DNA of 64,000 bases from Geopsychrobacteraceae bacterium (GCA_963662315.1 OY759353.1:1824001-1888000), one strand, 5' to 3'. Counted from the first letter of the stretch, positions 1-10,110 are shown. Program-made: numbers and translations. The notes: generated from the letters alone by a model not told the origin.

Positions 1-841
1 TACTTTCAAGCATCTGTGTCGCGGTAATAACCGGTTTTCCGGCCAGATTGCACTTACGAATGATATCCTTCTGAATCAACGGTACTTTTTCCGGGCGAAT
101 CTCAACGCCAAGATCGCCACGTGCCACCATGACCCCATCGGTCACTTCAAGAATCGCGTCAAAATCGGCAACAGCTTCGGGCTTTTCGATCTTAGAGATC
201 ACTTTGATCTGGGAATTGGCGGCAATAAGGCGCTGTTTGAGATCAAGAACATCATCCGCACTACGAACAAAGCTTAATGCCAGGTAATCGACCTCCTGCC
301 GAATGCAGAAAGCGAGATCCTGCAAATCTTTTTCCGTCAAAGATGGTGCCGATACTTTGGTCCCCGGCAGGTTTATCCCCTTACGATCTTTGAGGAACCC
401 GCCAAACTTGACACGGCAACGAACATCGGTATCATCAGTTTCCAGAACCTCGAGTTCCATCAACCCGTCATCAAGCAGAATCTGGTTCCCCGGGCGCACG
501 TCCCGGGGAAGGTTTTCATAAACAGTTGGAATTATGCCTGTTCCGCCGTCAACCTGACGTGAAGTTACGGTCACTTCATCCCCAGGGGTCAGCTCGATAC
601 CACCATCTTTAAACACACCGACGCGAATCTTGGGGCCTTGCAGGTCACCCAGAATGGCAACTGGTCGTGAAAAACCGGCAGCGATAGTACGAATACGCCC
701 GATCAGTTTCGCCTTGTCGTCAAGGTCGCCATGGGAAAAATTCAACCGAAAGACAGAAACTCCGGCGGTAATGAGTTTGTGCAGCATCTCTTCGCCGGAA
801 GAAGCCGGCCCCAGGGTCGCAACGATTTTAGTGTTCAGCAT
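1..841 (-). CDS. pyk: pyruvate kinase (3' end runs off window)
   Basis: Manual translation from ATG at 841: [15 protein letters not shown]...FRLNFSHGD...[10 protein letters not shown]...SKIEKPEAV...[12 protein letters not shown]. Missing from the ORF track because there is no stop in the window. Confidence 0.95.
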   Translation of the reverse strand, partial: MLNTKIVATLGPASSGEEMLHKLITAGVSVFRLNFSHGDLDDKAKLIGRIRTIAAGFSRPVAILGDLQGPKIRVGVFKDGGIELTPGDEVTVTSRQVDGGTGIIPTVYENLPRDVRPGNQILLDDGLMELEVLETDDTDVRCRVKFGGFLKDRKGINLPGTKVSAPSLTEKDLQDLAFCIRQEVDYLALSFVRSADDVLDLKQRLIAANSQIKVISKIEKPEAVADFDAILEVTDGVMVARGDLGVEIRPEKVPLIQKDIIRKCNLAGKPVITATQMLES

Positions 842-858
842 AATTCCTTGTCTTCCTG

Positions 859-1479
859 TTAGATTTTAGCGAGTGCAGCTTTGGCCTGCTCAGTGATAAC
901 GGACCACTGCTTATCAGCAATCTGCTGCTTGGTTGCCAACCAGGAGCCACCAACATTGCTGACGATCGGCAAAGACAGGTACTCATTCATGTTGTCGAGG
1001 CTGACACCACCGGTAGGACACACTTTAATCCCCTGGCTGGCATAAGGACCGGCCAAGGCACTGAGCATCTTTGGACCACCAGCAGGACCTGCAGGGAAGA
1101 ATTTCAGCATTTTACAACCCAAGGACAGCGCCTGCTCAATTTCGGATGGCGTCATGATACCGGGGATAAACAGGGTATCAGCTTTTTTAAAGTAGTTAAC
1201 GATAGCGGGGTTAAGGCCTGGAGCGAGGCCAAAAGTAACACCAGCGTCAAGAGCGCGCTGAGCCTGCTCTTCAGTCAGAACAGTACCGGCGCCCAGCAGC
1301 ATTTCCGGGAATTTCTTAGCGATCCGCTCAATTGCGTCAGCGGCGGCAGCAGTACGGAAAGTCACTTCAATAACATCCATACCACCTGCCAGCAGAGCCT
1401 CAGCCAAAGGCAACGCATCATCGGCATCGTCAATAACAATAACCGGAATAATCGGGCGTTTTGCAAGTTCGTTAATCAT
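859..1479 (-). CDS. eda: KDPG/KHG aldolase
   Basis: Motifs IEVTFRT, GAGTV, KFFPA, PTGGV; adjacent to kdgK. Confidence 0.95.
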   Translation of the reverse strand: MINELAKRPIIPVIVIDDADDALPLAEALLAGGMDVIEVTFRTAAAADAIERIAKKFPEMLLGAGTVLTEEQAQRALDAGVTFGLAPGLNPAIVNYFKKADTLFIPGIMTPSEIEQALSLGCKMLKFFPAGPAGGPKMLSALAGPYASQGIKVCPTGGVSLDNMNEYLSLPIVSNVGGSWLATKQQIADKQWSVITEQAKAALAKI

Positions 1480-1517
1480 GTCAGTTGTCCTTATAAGATA
1501 AATATATTAGGCATTGA

Positions 1518-1552
1518 TGAGTACCTGGCGACCAGCAGTCACCAGGTACTCA
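1518..1552. repeat. 11-bp inverted repeat (hairpin) in kdgK-eda spacer
   Basis: tgagtacctgg-N13-ccaggtactca. Confidence 0.7.
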
Positions 1553-1728
1553 AGTTTGGATCCTGAGTTTCATGACGATCGCGAGACGATTTTTGTTTCG
1601 AAAACGAGCAATTTTGCGTCAGATCAAGGCCATCAAGGAGATGCGCGGAGGCGTAGTACTTTATGCCGCACAAGCAAATCCGCAGATAACCGCCGAGATG
1701 ACGGAAAAGGGCCGTTTACCAACAGAAA

Positions 1729-2829
1729 TCAGCGGTCTACGCGAGCGCCGCCACCACCTACAATCTTCTGAACTTCAGACAGTGAAGCCATCGTGGTATC
1801 ACCCGGGGTCGTCATTGCCAAAGCACCATGCGCTGCACCATATTCAACAGCCTGCTGAGCATCACCCAGAATCATCAGACCATAGATAAAGCCTGAAGCG
1901 AAGCTGTCGCCACCGCCAACGCGGTCCATGATTTCCAGTTCCGGACGCTGAATCGAGGTATAAAACTCACCTTTAACCCAGCTCATTGCTCCCCAGTCAT
2001 TAACCGTAGCGGTTTTCACGCCACGCATGGTGGTCGCAGTTGCCTGGAAGTTGGGGAACTCAGCAACAGCTTTGCCGATCATTTTTTGAAAAGATCCGAC
2101 GTCGAGGTCGGTGAGGTTTTCGTCGGTTCCTTCAATTTCAAAACCGAGGCAGGCGGTGAAGTCTTCTTCGTTACCAATCATGACATCAACGTACTTGGCG
2201 ATTTCGCGGTTGATTTCACGGCATTTTTCCAGACCGCCAAAACCTTTCCACAAAGAAGGACGATAGTTGAGGTCGTATGAAACAATTGTACCGTATTTTT
2301 TAGCCGCTTTTGCGGCCTCAATGACAACTTCGCCAGTCGTTTCCGACAAAGCAGCATAAATGCCGCCGGTATGGAACCAGCGTACGCCAAGCTCCCCAAA
2401 AATGTATTCCCAGTCGATATCACCAGCTTTCAACTGCGAAGCGGCAGTGTTGCCTCGATCAGAACAACCAACAGCACCGCGGATACCGAAACCACGCTCG
2501 GTAAAGTTCAGGCCGTTACGGACAGTCCGTCCGATACCATCATAGTCAAACCATTTGATTAAAGAGGTATCTACGCCCCCCTGGAGAATGAAATCCTCCA
2601 TCAGCAGACCAACTTCATTCTTGGCAAAAGCAGTAACCAGGGCAGCACGCTGGCCGAAACAACGGCGCAGACCACGTGCAACATTGTACTCACCGCCACC
2701 TTCCCAGGCACGGAACTGGCGAGCAGTACGAATACGTCCTTCACCCGGATCCAGTCGCAACATGACTTCGCCAAGAGAAAGAATATCGTAGCGACACTCT
2801 TGCGCCGGTTTAACTTCGATTACACCCAT
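1729..2829 (-). CDS. kdgK: 2-keto-3-deoxygluconate kinase (PfkB family)
   Basis: GEVMLRL, GGGEYNVA, SYDLNYRPSLW, DRVGGGDSF motifs. Confidence 0.92.
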   Translation of the reverse strand: MGVIEVKPAQECRYDILSLGEVMLRLDPGEGRIRTARQFRAWEGGGEYNVARGLRRCFGQRAALVTAFAKNEVGLLMEDFILQGGVDTSLIKWFDYDGIGRTVRNGLNFTERGFGIRGAVGCSDRGNTAASQLKAGDIDWEYIFGELGVRWFHTGGIYAALSETTGEVVIEAAKAAKKYGTIVSYDLNYRPSLWKGFGGLEKCREINREIAKYVDVMIGNEEDFTACLGFEIEGTDENLTDLDVGSFQKMIGKAVAEFPNFQATATTMRGVKTATVNDWGAMSWVKGEFYTSIQRPELEIMDRVGGGDSFASGFIYGLMILGDAQQAVEYGAAHGALAMTTPGDTTMASLSEVQKIVGGGGARVDR

Positions 2830-2936
2830 TTGCTTCCTCCGATCGTTAAAAAAATTACTTAGCTATGGGCTCTCAGGTATGCAGAGAGCGGTATTTGTGA
2901 CGTAAAAAAAGGCTGACAGAACGACACGCCGTAAAG

Positions 2937-3683
2937 TCAACCTCCCAAAGATTGTGAAATAACCGCAGCACACTTTTTCACTGCTTCAATTTCAATTTCA
3001 ATCCCCTTTTCTTCGTTGTAATAAGAAGGAACGGTAATGCTTATTGCCCCGACAACTTCCTGGCGGAAACCAAGCAGCGGTGCGGCAATACAGACAATCC
3101 CGCGGGTAATTTCCTCAAGGTCGAGGGCATAACCTTCTTCGCGGATGGTTTTAAGGGAATTACGCAGGACCTCCGGATCAGTAATCGTCTTATCCGTCAA
3201 AACCTTCAGCGGTTCAGCAAGGACTTTATCGACCAGTTGCTGGGGAGAAAAGGCCAACATGGCTTTGCCCATTCCCGTGCAATACAGAGGAAAGCGTTTA
3301 CCGACTTCAGAGTAAAGCCGAATCCCGTAGTCCTGAGACTCAACCTTCTCAACAAACACACCCATGGCCCCGTCAAGAACACCAAAGTTGACAGTATGAC
3401 CGGTTGCGACATTCAGTGATTCCAGGTGCGGTCGAACATGCTTTCGCAGCTGAAAATGGCTCATGACTTCAGCGCCGGTAGCAGCCAAGCGCATACTGCC
3501 AAAATATTTTTTTGTCTCCGGATTATAATCAAGGTAACCGATTTCGGTCAGATCACGCAGAATGCGGTGGACTGAAGATTTTGGCAGGGAAACAGCAGCA
3601 ACGACGTCAGAATAGGTGACTCCTTTGCTTTGTTGGGCAACGACCGCTTCCAGTATTGTGAAAATTTTGTAGAGTGGATTCAT
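2937..3683 (-). CDS. IclR-family transcriptional regulator (KdgR-like)
   Basis: N-terminal HTH (LPKSSVHRIL), PLYCTGMGKA, CIAAP motifs. Confidence 0.9.
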   Translation of the reverse strand: MNPLYKIFTILEAVVAQQSKGVTYSDVVAAVSLPKSSVHRILRDLTEIGYLDYNPETKKYFGSMRLAATGAEVMSHFQLRKHVRPHLESLNVATGHTVNFGVLDGAMGVFVEKVESQDYGIRLYSEVGKRFPLYCTGMGKAMLAFSPQQLVDKVLAEPLKVLTDKTITDPEVLRNSLKTIREEGYALDLEEITRGIVCIAAPLLGFRQEVVGAISITVPSYYNEEKGIEIEIEAVKKCAAVISQSLGG

Positions 3684-4186
3684 ACGCCTGAAAATCCCAT
3701 ATTTGGAGTTAGTTACTACATATTGGATGCTACCCCAATTACGGACCGACTGTCAATCCATCATTTCTCATTCATCATACAAATAATCTTTCCGTGAATA
3801 TGCTGCCTGCTCCAGTCATCAACAAGCCAACAACAGCACATGATAGTTTGGCGTCATCAGGCGTACTTTTGCCCGACTGACGGCCCCGATCGGTGTCTTC
3901 TCATTGGCGTAAGAGGCAAAAAGGCCTGCAAGGATCAAAGTCAATTGGCGAGTCGTTGTAGCGGACGTCGTTTAAGCGTCACCCAGAGGGAGAGGAGCAA
4001 TGTCCTTCGCTTCGAAAAACCTGACAGGGAACACGGGCTGAACATTGCTAAAGATTGCGTATCTGAGAACACGGCTTACCCGAAAAAGATCAGGACACAC
4101 CATCATCAAACTTTGACATTTCAATTTTCCATCGAGAGCCAATCCTGCTATGCTAGTCACGATTATTTCATGAACAGGATCAACTG

Positions 4187-4384
4187 ATGCCGGAAGAACG
4201 TTCTCCCTGGATGTGCCACATATGCGATTATCGCTCAACCATCGGTGAAGGTCTGGTGTGTTCGGAGTGTTACAAGATTACCTGTCGTGAGCACATTACC
4301 ACCACAAGTGTCTACAACCCGGACAATGGCCTTTACGAACTGCGCTTAATCTGCGTTGAATGTCACTTTAAAAAATCACTTTAA
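4187..4384 (+). CDS. small Cys/His-rich (zinc-finger-like) protein
   Basis: CHIC...CSEC...CREH...CVECH in 65 aa; AGGA RBS upstream; co-oriented with yciH. Confidence 0.7.
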   Translation: MPEERSPWMCHICDYRSTIGEGLVCSECYKITCREHITTTSVYNPDNGLYELRLICVECHFKKSL

Positions 4385-4394
4385 CGGTTGAACC

Positions 4395-4754
4395 ATGGCA
4401 AACAATACAAGACTCGTTTTTTCAGACCAGGCGGGGCGCATGTGCCCAAAATGTCAGAAGCCCATCAAACAATGCATCTGCAGGGCCATCGCGGCAGCAA
4501 AAAAGCCCAAGGGGGACGGGATAGTCCGCATTCAGCGTGAAACCAAAGGGCGTAAAGGTAAAGGAGTGACTCTGGTTACCGGGGTGCCGTTAGCGGAAAC
4601 CGAATTAAAAGAGTTGGCAAAACAGCTGAAACAGCGCTGCGGAACCGGCGGCACGGTTAAAGACGGGGTCATTGAAATACAGGGGGATCACCGCGACCTG
4701 TTGCTATCTCTGTTACAGGACAAGGGATGGCAAGTAAAAAAAGCCGGGGGTTAA
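4395..4754 (+). CDS. yciH: SUI1-family translation initiation factor YciH
   Basis: RETKGRKGKGVT, CGTGGTVKDG, IEIQGDHRD. Confidence 0.95.
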   Translation: MANNTRLVFSDQAGRMCPKCQKPIKQCICRAIAAAKKPKGDGIVRIQRETKGRKGKGVTLVTGVPLAETELKELAKQLKQRCGTGGTVKDGVIEIQGDHRDLLLSLLQDKGWQVKKAGG

Positions 4755-5875
4755 GCCCCGGCTCTGTCAATCTTCACGACGGCAAAACCACCACCGTCGG
4801 TCTGCATATTGGTCAAACGCCCCCGGTAAAGCCGTGCAGCCAAGCCGAAAACCTGATCACGAAAAGCAAATAAGCGAAAATCGGCCTTCATCTCTTCCTG
4901 CCCTGGAATCGCTACCGTCGAGGGGAGAACCAGTTCCTGAACTAAGGTGTTCTCCCTGTCCAGCGAAGAAAATCTGGTTTTCGATATTTTCTTGCCAAAA
5001 TAAATGTCCTGACTGCCAAACCCTTCAACCGGTTTCATAACCCACTTTTTACGACTGGCCCAGATTTCATCCTGATCAACATCTGCAAGGAGGTTGGCCT
5101 CCGGCACACAGCGCAGCAAACCCGTCACCTCGCGCTCAGATAGCCCCATATCTTTCAAAAAAGCACGGTCGGAAAATTGCCTCAGGCGACGCTTGTCTGA
5201 CAACAGCGCATAGTCAAAGGGATTCGGGGATAAACAGACCTGTCGCTCAAGGTAACATCTTTTCAGCTCAACCAGCGCAGGATCATCAAGGTAAAAATCG
5301 CAGTGGCGCATATAAAGCATATCAACCTTATCTGCACCGACATAGACACCATCCTGCTCATAGCGCAGTTGGGCAGCTCCAACGATCTTGGCAGGCATCC
5401 CGCATTCTCTCAGCAGTTGAGCAAACACCTGCATTTCCGGATAGAGGAACTCACCCTCTGGATTCTGATCAAAAATATACACATTTGCCGGTCGGCCTTG
5501 TTCACCGCCTCGGTAAGCGCGGTAAGTGGCCAAAAATGCGCTACAAATGTTATCCCGAAGCAGCGTCGGAACACGGACTGCGGCAATATCAGGTGCTGGA
5601 GTATGCGCAAGCAGCGCAAGCAGTCCGCCACCGGCATTGGTATTGATCTCTATCAGTTTTGGACCGCTTGCGGTGAGGTGGAAGTCATAGCACATAAAAA
5701 CCGAACCATAACTGGGATCTACCCGTGTCACCTCTTTACCCTGCCCGGCAACATACTGGCGATATGACGCAGACTCAGCCAATCGCGTCAGTATTTTTGC
5801 TGCTCGCACCATACCCAGCAAGTCTGCCATCTTTATCGATGCGCTATAGGGACTTAAATAAGCGTCGTAAAGCAT
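4751..5875 (-). CDS. ATP-grasp (glutathione synthetase/circularly permuted ATP-grasp-like) ligase of unknown substrate
   Basis: YDFH..GPKLIEINTNAGG, LSDKRRL, WVMKPVEGFGS, LVQELV, DFRLF, TNMQTDGGG. Confidence 0.7.
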   Translation of the reverse strand: MLYDAYLSPYSASIKMADLLGMVRAAKILTRLAESASYRQYVAGQGKEVTRVDPSYGSVFMCYDFHLTASGPKLIEINTNAGGGLLALLAHTPAPDIAAVRVPTLLRDNICSAFLATYRAYRGGEQGRPANVYIFDQNPEGEFLYPEMQVFAQLLRECGMPAKIVGAAQLRYEQDGVYVGADKVDMLYMRHCDFYLDDPALVELKRCYLERQVCLSPNPFDYALLSDKRRLRQFSDRAFLKDMGLSEREVTGLLRCVPEANLLADVDQDEIWASRKKWVMKPVEGFGSQDIYFGKKISKTRFSSLDRENTLVQELVLPSTVAIPGQEEMKADFRLFAFRDQVFGLAARLYRGRLTNMQTDGGGFAVVKIDRAGA

Positions 5876-5894
5876 GCTCTCTCTTTCTGCTGTT

Positions 5895-6923
5895 TTAAAA
5901 TGAATTGATGCGCCGAATAAATGACTTCAGTAGACCGTAACTCCGCCGATTAAACTGTAGAGTCAGACGCGGTAACTGAATAATGTCCGGTTCATCCTGT
6001 TCCTCTGGTAAATGCGAAGACAACTTCATTTTCCCGTCTGGAGCCAGAATTTCGCTGAATTCGCTATTCAGAATTGTCAGCTGCTCGGTATCAAGTGCCT
6101 TGTTCATGCGAATCACCAGCTGGTCACGAACAAAACGCATGGAGTGATAGTTTCGATAGAAATCATCTATAATCTGCACGGCTTCTTCAGGATCCCGCGT
6201 GATGGTGAAATGCGCAAAATCCTCACCAGAAATCAGACCACGTTTCAACAAACTGTCCCGCACGAACTCAAGCCAGTCTTCCCAATAACCGCCTGCATCA
6301 TCAATCATGACCAAGGGAATCGGTGGATTCTTTCCGGTCTGGATCAGGGTCATGACTTCCATGGCCTCATCCAGGGTACCAAAGCCGCCCGGGAATAATG
6401 CAACAGCATGGGCCTCTTTCAAAAAAGCGACTTTACGGTTAAAAAAGTAACGGTAGGTAATCACTTTTTTATCCTGGTTCATGACCGGGTTGGTATCCTG
6501 TTCAAACGGCAGATGGATGTTCACGGCAAAGGAATTATCAACCCCCGCCCCTTCATTACCTGCCTGCATAATCCCTGGACCCCCGCCAGTGATGACCATG
6601 TAATTGTGCTCGACCAGACGTTTGCAGAACTGTACACACGTCTGGTAGATCGGCTCATCGGGTTTAGTCCGGGCGCTACCGAAAACCGTGACCTTTTTGC
6701 GCTGCCGGTAAGGAGCAAAGACCTTATTGGTATAGCGCATTTCCTTCATAGTGGTGCGGATCAGTTTCTGATCCGCCAGGTAGTTATTCTCCTGCCCTGA
6801 TTTCAGGGCCCCGATAATCATCTCCCGAATAACTTCAGGATGGTAGACTTCGGCCTTTTTAAGCAGTTTATCAATCAGCTCATCGATCTCTCCATTCGGA
6901 TGAGAAAAGCTCAGTGGCGTCAT
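5895..6923 (-). CDS. LOG-family nucleotide phosphoribohydrolase (long form)
   Basis: FGSAR, TGGGPGIM, FFNRK, PGGFGTLDE signature. Confidence 0.9.
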   Translation of the reverse strand: MTPLSFSHPNGEIDELIDKLLKKAEVYHPEVIREMIIGALKSGQENNYLADQKLIRTTMKEMRYTNKVFAPYRQRKKVTVFGSARTKPDEPIYQTCVQFCKRLVEHNYMVITGGGPGIMQAGNEGAGVDNSFAVNIHLPFEQDTNPVMNQDKKVITYRYFFNRKVAFLKEAHAVALFPGGFGTLDEAMEVMTLIQTGKNPPIPLVMIDDAGGYWEDWLEFVRDSLLKRGLISGEDFAHFTITRDPEEAVQIIDDFYRNYHSMRFVRDQLVIRMNKALDTEQLTILNSEFSEILAPDGKMKLSSHLPEEQDEPDIIQLPRLTLQFNRRSYGLLKSFIRRINSF

Positions 6924-6946
6924 GGTGGTATTCTCCCGTAACAGGG

Positions 6947-7495
6947 TTAAGCGGAACGCTCTTTAAAGGTAAAAAAGGAACGGCCGGACAAACGCTGATC
7001 CTGCAGCAACAACCCTGTCATAGCGGCCCCCAGGTAGCGATCTGAAAATTCGAAATAAAGGGCTCGGAGCTGTTTTTCCAGCTGGTAAAAACGCTCCAGT
7101 TCCTCTGCCCTCAAATTAGCCTCAATCTTATCACAAATAAAGCTGATACAGTTATAGGGGCGTTCAGTAACCGGCAGCAGGCACCCCTTCCAGCTTAAGA
7201 AAGGACAGGTCTGGGTAAAATCCGCATCAGGAGGAAGTGTATTGGCACGCAGAAAACCAAGCAGATTGACCAGCGTCATATGGTGGTGCCCCCGGGCACA
7301 ACAGTCCCCCTCGCAGTCCCGGCAATGCTCAGTCCCGTCCGCATTGTCAAACAGAGCCTGAAGCGCAACCTGCAGCTGTTGAATCTGATCAAGCCGCACG
7401 TTGATCCAGCTTTTTTCCTCATCAGGCAATAAGCGATACTCAGCTGCAATCTGAGCCACAATCTGTTGCCAACGCGAAGTTCTATTATTATCCAT
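6947..7495 (-). CDS. YkgJ/FliB-like cysteine-cluster protein
   Basis: CRDCEGDCC, CPFL..GCLL..RPYNCISFIC; start reassigned to ATG 7495 with AGGTG RBS. Confidence 0.7.
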   Translation of the reverse strand: MDNNRTSRWQQIVAQIAAEYRLLPDEEKSWINVRLDQIQQLQVALQALFDNADGTEHCRDCEGDCCARGHHHMTLVNLLGFLRANTLPPDADFTQTCPFLSWKGCLLPVTERPYNCISFICDKIEANLRAEELERFYQLEKQLRALYFEFSDRYLGAAMTGLLLQDQRLSGRSFFTFKERSA

Positions 7496-7620
7496 AGAGC
7501 ACCTGTAAAAAAGGCAGTATGAAGAATTCATACTGCCCGAAAAACTGACTGGCAACTGAAAAAGTTAGCAAAAAAATCAGTACTATCTGTAGCCATTTTC
7601 TGAACAGAAAATAACTGGTT

Positions 7621-8009
7621 AAAGAAGGACGTAAGCCGGGTTCTGTTCTGCTGTGCAGTTACCCGCACAGCAGCGACGATCATTCATCTAGAACCGCCGT
7701 TGCCGACGGTTTCGAGCAGCCTAACCCGGAAACTTCGGACGGACCGCCCTCAAACGTTTCCCTATTTGGCCTTGCTCCGGATGGGGTTTACCGAGCTTTC
7801 GACGTCACCGCCGAAACTGGTGAGCTCTTACCTCACCCTTTCACCCTTATCCACCATGACTCCAGGAGTCGTGGGGACGGTTTCCTTTCTGTGGCACTTT
7901 CCCTGGGGTTACCCCCGGTTCCCGTTAGGAACCATCCTGCCCTGCGGAGCCCGGACTTTCCTCCCGTCTGTTGCTAAAGCAACAGACCAGCGATCATCTG
8001 TCCCTCTTT
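7621..8009 (-). ncRNA. rnpB: RNase P RNA, bacterial type A
   Basis: Minus strand has GAGGAAAGUCCGGGCUCC, GUGCCACAGAAA, AAGGGUGAGGUAAGAGCUCACC and a 3' ACAGAACCCGGCUUAC; P1 formed by aaagagggac/gtccttcttt. Confidence 0.98.
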
Positions 8010-8024
8010 AACCAGCTAACCTGA

Positions 8025-8753
8025 TCAGACTTCTGCGTCAATAAAAAGGATACGGTTACAGTGCGGGCAGGTCTCAATCTCGGTAGCATGCAGCAGCTTG
8101 TTGAACTGTTGTGGCGGTAACTGCATGTTACAACCAAGGCAGGCACCATTGCGAGCAGGGGCCAGGGCCAATCCATCACGACGCTTGAACAGATTCTGAT
8201 ATTGCCTCAAAAGGCCCTTGGGCAGATCGGCGGCAACACTTTCGCGTCCCTGAATGCGCTTTTGCAAAGTTTCTTCCGATTCGGTCAGCAAACTTTCAAG
8301 CTCGGCACCACGGGCATCGGACTTTTCAGCAATGGCAGCAAGTTGAGAGTCCTTTTCCTTGCGATCCTCGTCAAGAACGCTGATTTCCTGCAGCTTGCTT
8401 TCAAGGCTTTCTTCAAGCTCTTTATTCGCCTTCTTCGCAAGATCGATCTCCTTTAAGACCGCAACATATTCCTTCTGAGTCTGAATCTCGGGCAGGCGGG
8501 CTTCAACCTTAGCAACCTGATCACGCTGTTTCTGCAACTCCTGCATAATCTGGCTTTCATCCGCCTTCAATGTGGAGATTTCATCATTTAGCTGATCGAG
8601 CATCTCCTGAATGCGTGCTGCTTCAGCCGCAAACCCTTCCATCTCGTCTTTATACCCCTGGCGAGTCGCCTCAATGGCACTGATTTCCTGATCAATTTCC
8701 TGCAAGTCACGCAACAGGGTCATTTTGCTTTGCACTATCTCATCCTCCGTCAA
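8025..8753 (-). CDS. C4-type zinc ribbon coiled-coil protein (CT398-like)
   Basis: Long coiled coil plus CLGC...CPHCNRIL; usual neighbour of nif3 and rnpB. Confidence 0.9.
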   Translation of the reverse strand: MTEDEIVQSKMTLLRDLQEIDQEISAIEATRQGYKDEMEGFAAEAARIQEMLDQLNDEISTLKADESQIMQELQKQRDQVAKVEARLPEIQTQKEYVAVLKEIDLAKKANKELEESLESKLQEISVLDEDRKEKDSQLAAIAEKSDARGAELESLLTESEETLQKRIQGRESVAADLPKGLLRQYQNLFKRRDGLALAPARNGACLGCNMQLPPQQFNKLLHATEIETCPHCNRILFIDAEV

Positions 8754-8770
8754 ACTCAGGTTTTTGACAG

Positions 8771-9904
8771 TCAGAACACAGGCTGAAAGGGGTCTTGTTC
8801 TGCTGTCATTTCAATTACTTCAATAGTTAGTTCACGTTGTTCAAATAACCGGCGTAAACGTTTTGAAAGCTGATTAATCATAATATGCTCGGTCGGAAAA
8901 TGACCGGCATCGACTAAGGCGACACCATCATTGCGCGCCCGCTGTGCTTCGTGGAATTTAATATCACCTGTCACCAGGCAATCGGCCCCCTGGCGCACGG
9001 CATCATTGTAAATACACATGCCACTCCCGCCGCAGACCGCAACTTTCGAAATTTTCTGATCCGGGCATCCCACCATACGCAACGAATTGGAACCAAGCAT
9101 GTCCTTGACGCGGCTGGCGAAATCCTTAAGAGCAACCGGGGCCGCAAGGTGACCGATACGACCAAGGCCGACACGGTTCTGCACGTTGGCAAGGGGAATA
9201 ATATCGTAAGCGACGTCCTCATAGGGGTGCGCCTTAACCAGGCGCTCAATAGCTTTTGCAAGTAGAGCCCTGGGAATAATGCTCTCGACCCGGTATTCCC
9301 GGGTTTCTTCAAAAACACCCGGAGTACCAATAAACGGATCCGTTGTATCAGCACCACGAAACGACCCGGTCCCAGCGACTCTGAAGGAGCAACGATCATA
9401 GTCTCCGATCGATCCGGCCCCGGCCGCAAATAAGGCCTCCATAATGGCCGTTTCATGCCCTTCCGGCACATAAACAACAATTTTGGCAAACGTATCTGTT
9501 GCAGGTTTTTCCAAGGGGGTTAAATCGGAGAGTTCCAAGGTTGCCGCGAGCCAGTCATTAAGACCATCGGCGGCACGATCTAGATTGGTGTGAGCACTAG
9601 CGATGGCGATATTATTCTGAATGGCAGAGAAGAGGACCTGGCCTGTCGAATCGGTTGGGGAAAGGCGTTTCAGCGGACGAAAAATCAACGGATGGTGGGC
9701 TATTATAAGCTGAGCTCCCTGGCTTATGGCCGTCTGCACGGCCAGATCTTCCGCATCAAGACAGACCAGTATCTTATCCACCAATTGGCCTGGGTCCCCC
9801 ACCTGCAAACCGACATTATCCCAGTCTTCCGCCAAGCATGGTGGACATAATCTGTGCAACAATCCGAGTACGTCGGAAAGCCGGGCGTGTCTCTGTTTAG
9901 CCAT
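8771..9904 (-). CDS. Nif3-like dinuclear metal centre protein (DUF34/YqfO-type)
   Basis: WDNVGLQVG, HHPLIF, HTNLD, HPYE, TGDIKFH, DAGHFPTE; start at ATG 9904 or TTG 9913. Confidence 0.93.
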   Translation of the reverse strand: MAKQRHARLSDVLGLLHRLCPPCLAEDWDNVGLQVGDPGQLVDKILVCLDAEDLAVQTAISQGAQLIIAHHPLIFRPLKRLSPTDSTGQVLFSAIQNNIAIASAHTNLDRAADGLNDWLAATLELSDLTPLEKPATDTFAKIVVYVPEGHETAIMEALFAAGAGSIGDYDRCSFRVAGTGSFRGADTTDPFIGTPGVFEETREYRVESIIPRALLAKAIERLVKAHPYEDVAYDIIPLANVQNRVGLGRIGHLAAPVALKDFASRVKDMLGSNSLRMVGCPDQKISKVAVCGGSGMCIYNDAVRQGADCLVTGDIKFHEAQRARNDGVALVDAGHFPTEHIMINQLSKRLRRLFEQRELTIEVIEMTAEQDPFQPVF

Positions 9905-9918
9905 GCGTTTCAACCCGC

Positions 9919-9954
9919 AAAAACAAAGAGTGCACCGGTCTCCCGGTGCACTCT
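9919..9954 (-). terminator. intrinsic terminator-like hairpin between tRNA and nif3
   Basis: agagtgcaccgg-tctc-ccggtgcactct; U-rich tail on both strands. Confidence 0.75.
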
Positions 9955-10110
9955 GTTAATTTTTTTAGTCTATCCCCGCCACGTTCCATATCGTGTTTTG
10001 TGATCAACGCCGCGTTCTTGCCCTGCGGTGATAACAGGCATTTCAAACTCAATTTTGTGTTCAACGTTCTTGCCTAAATATCGACTGCGTTAACATGCGA
10101 AAGGATTAAA

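Noticed and set aside
4355..4370. CVECH as heme-binding motif
   Set aside because: No signal peptide; part of a Cys-pair zinc-finger pattern
7700..8011. 103-aa ORF on + strand
   Set aside because: Antisense shadow of rnpB
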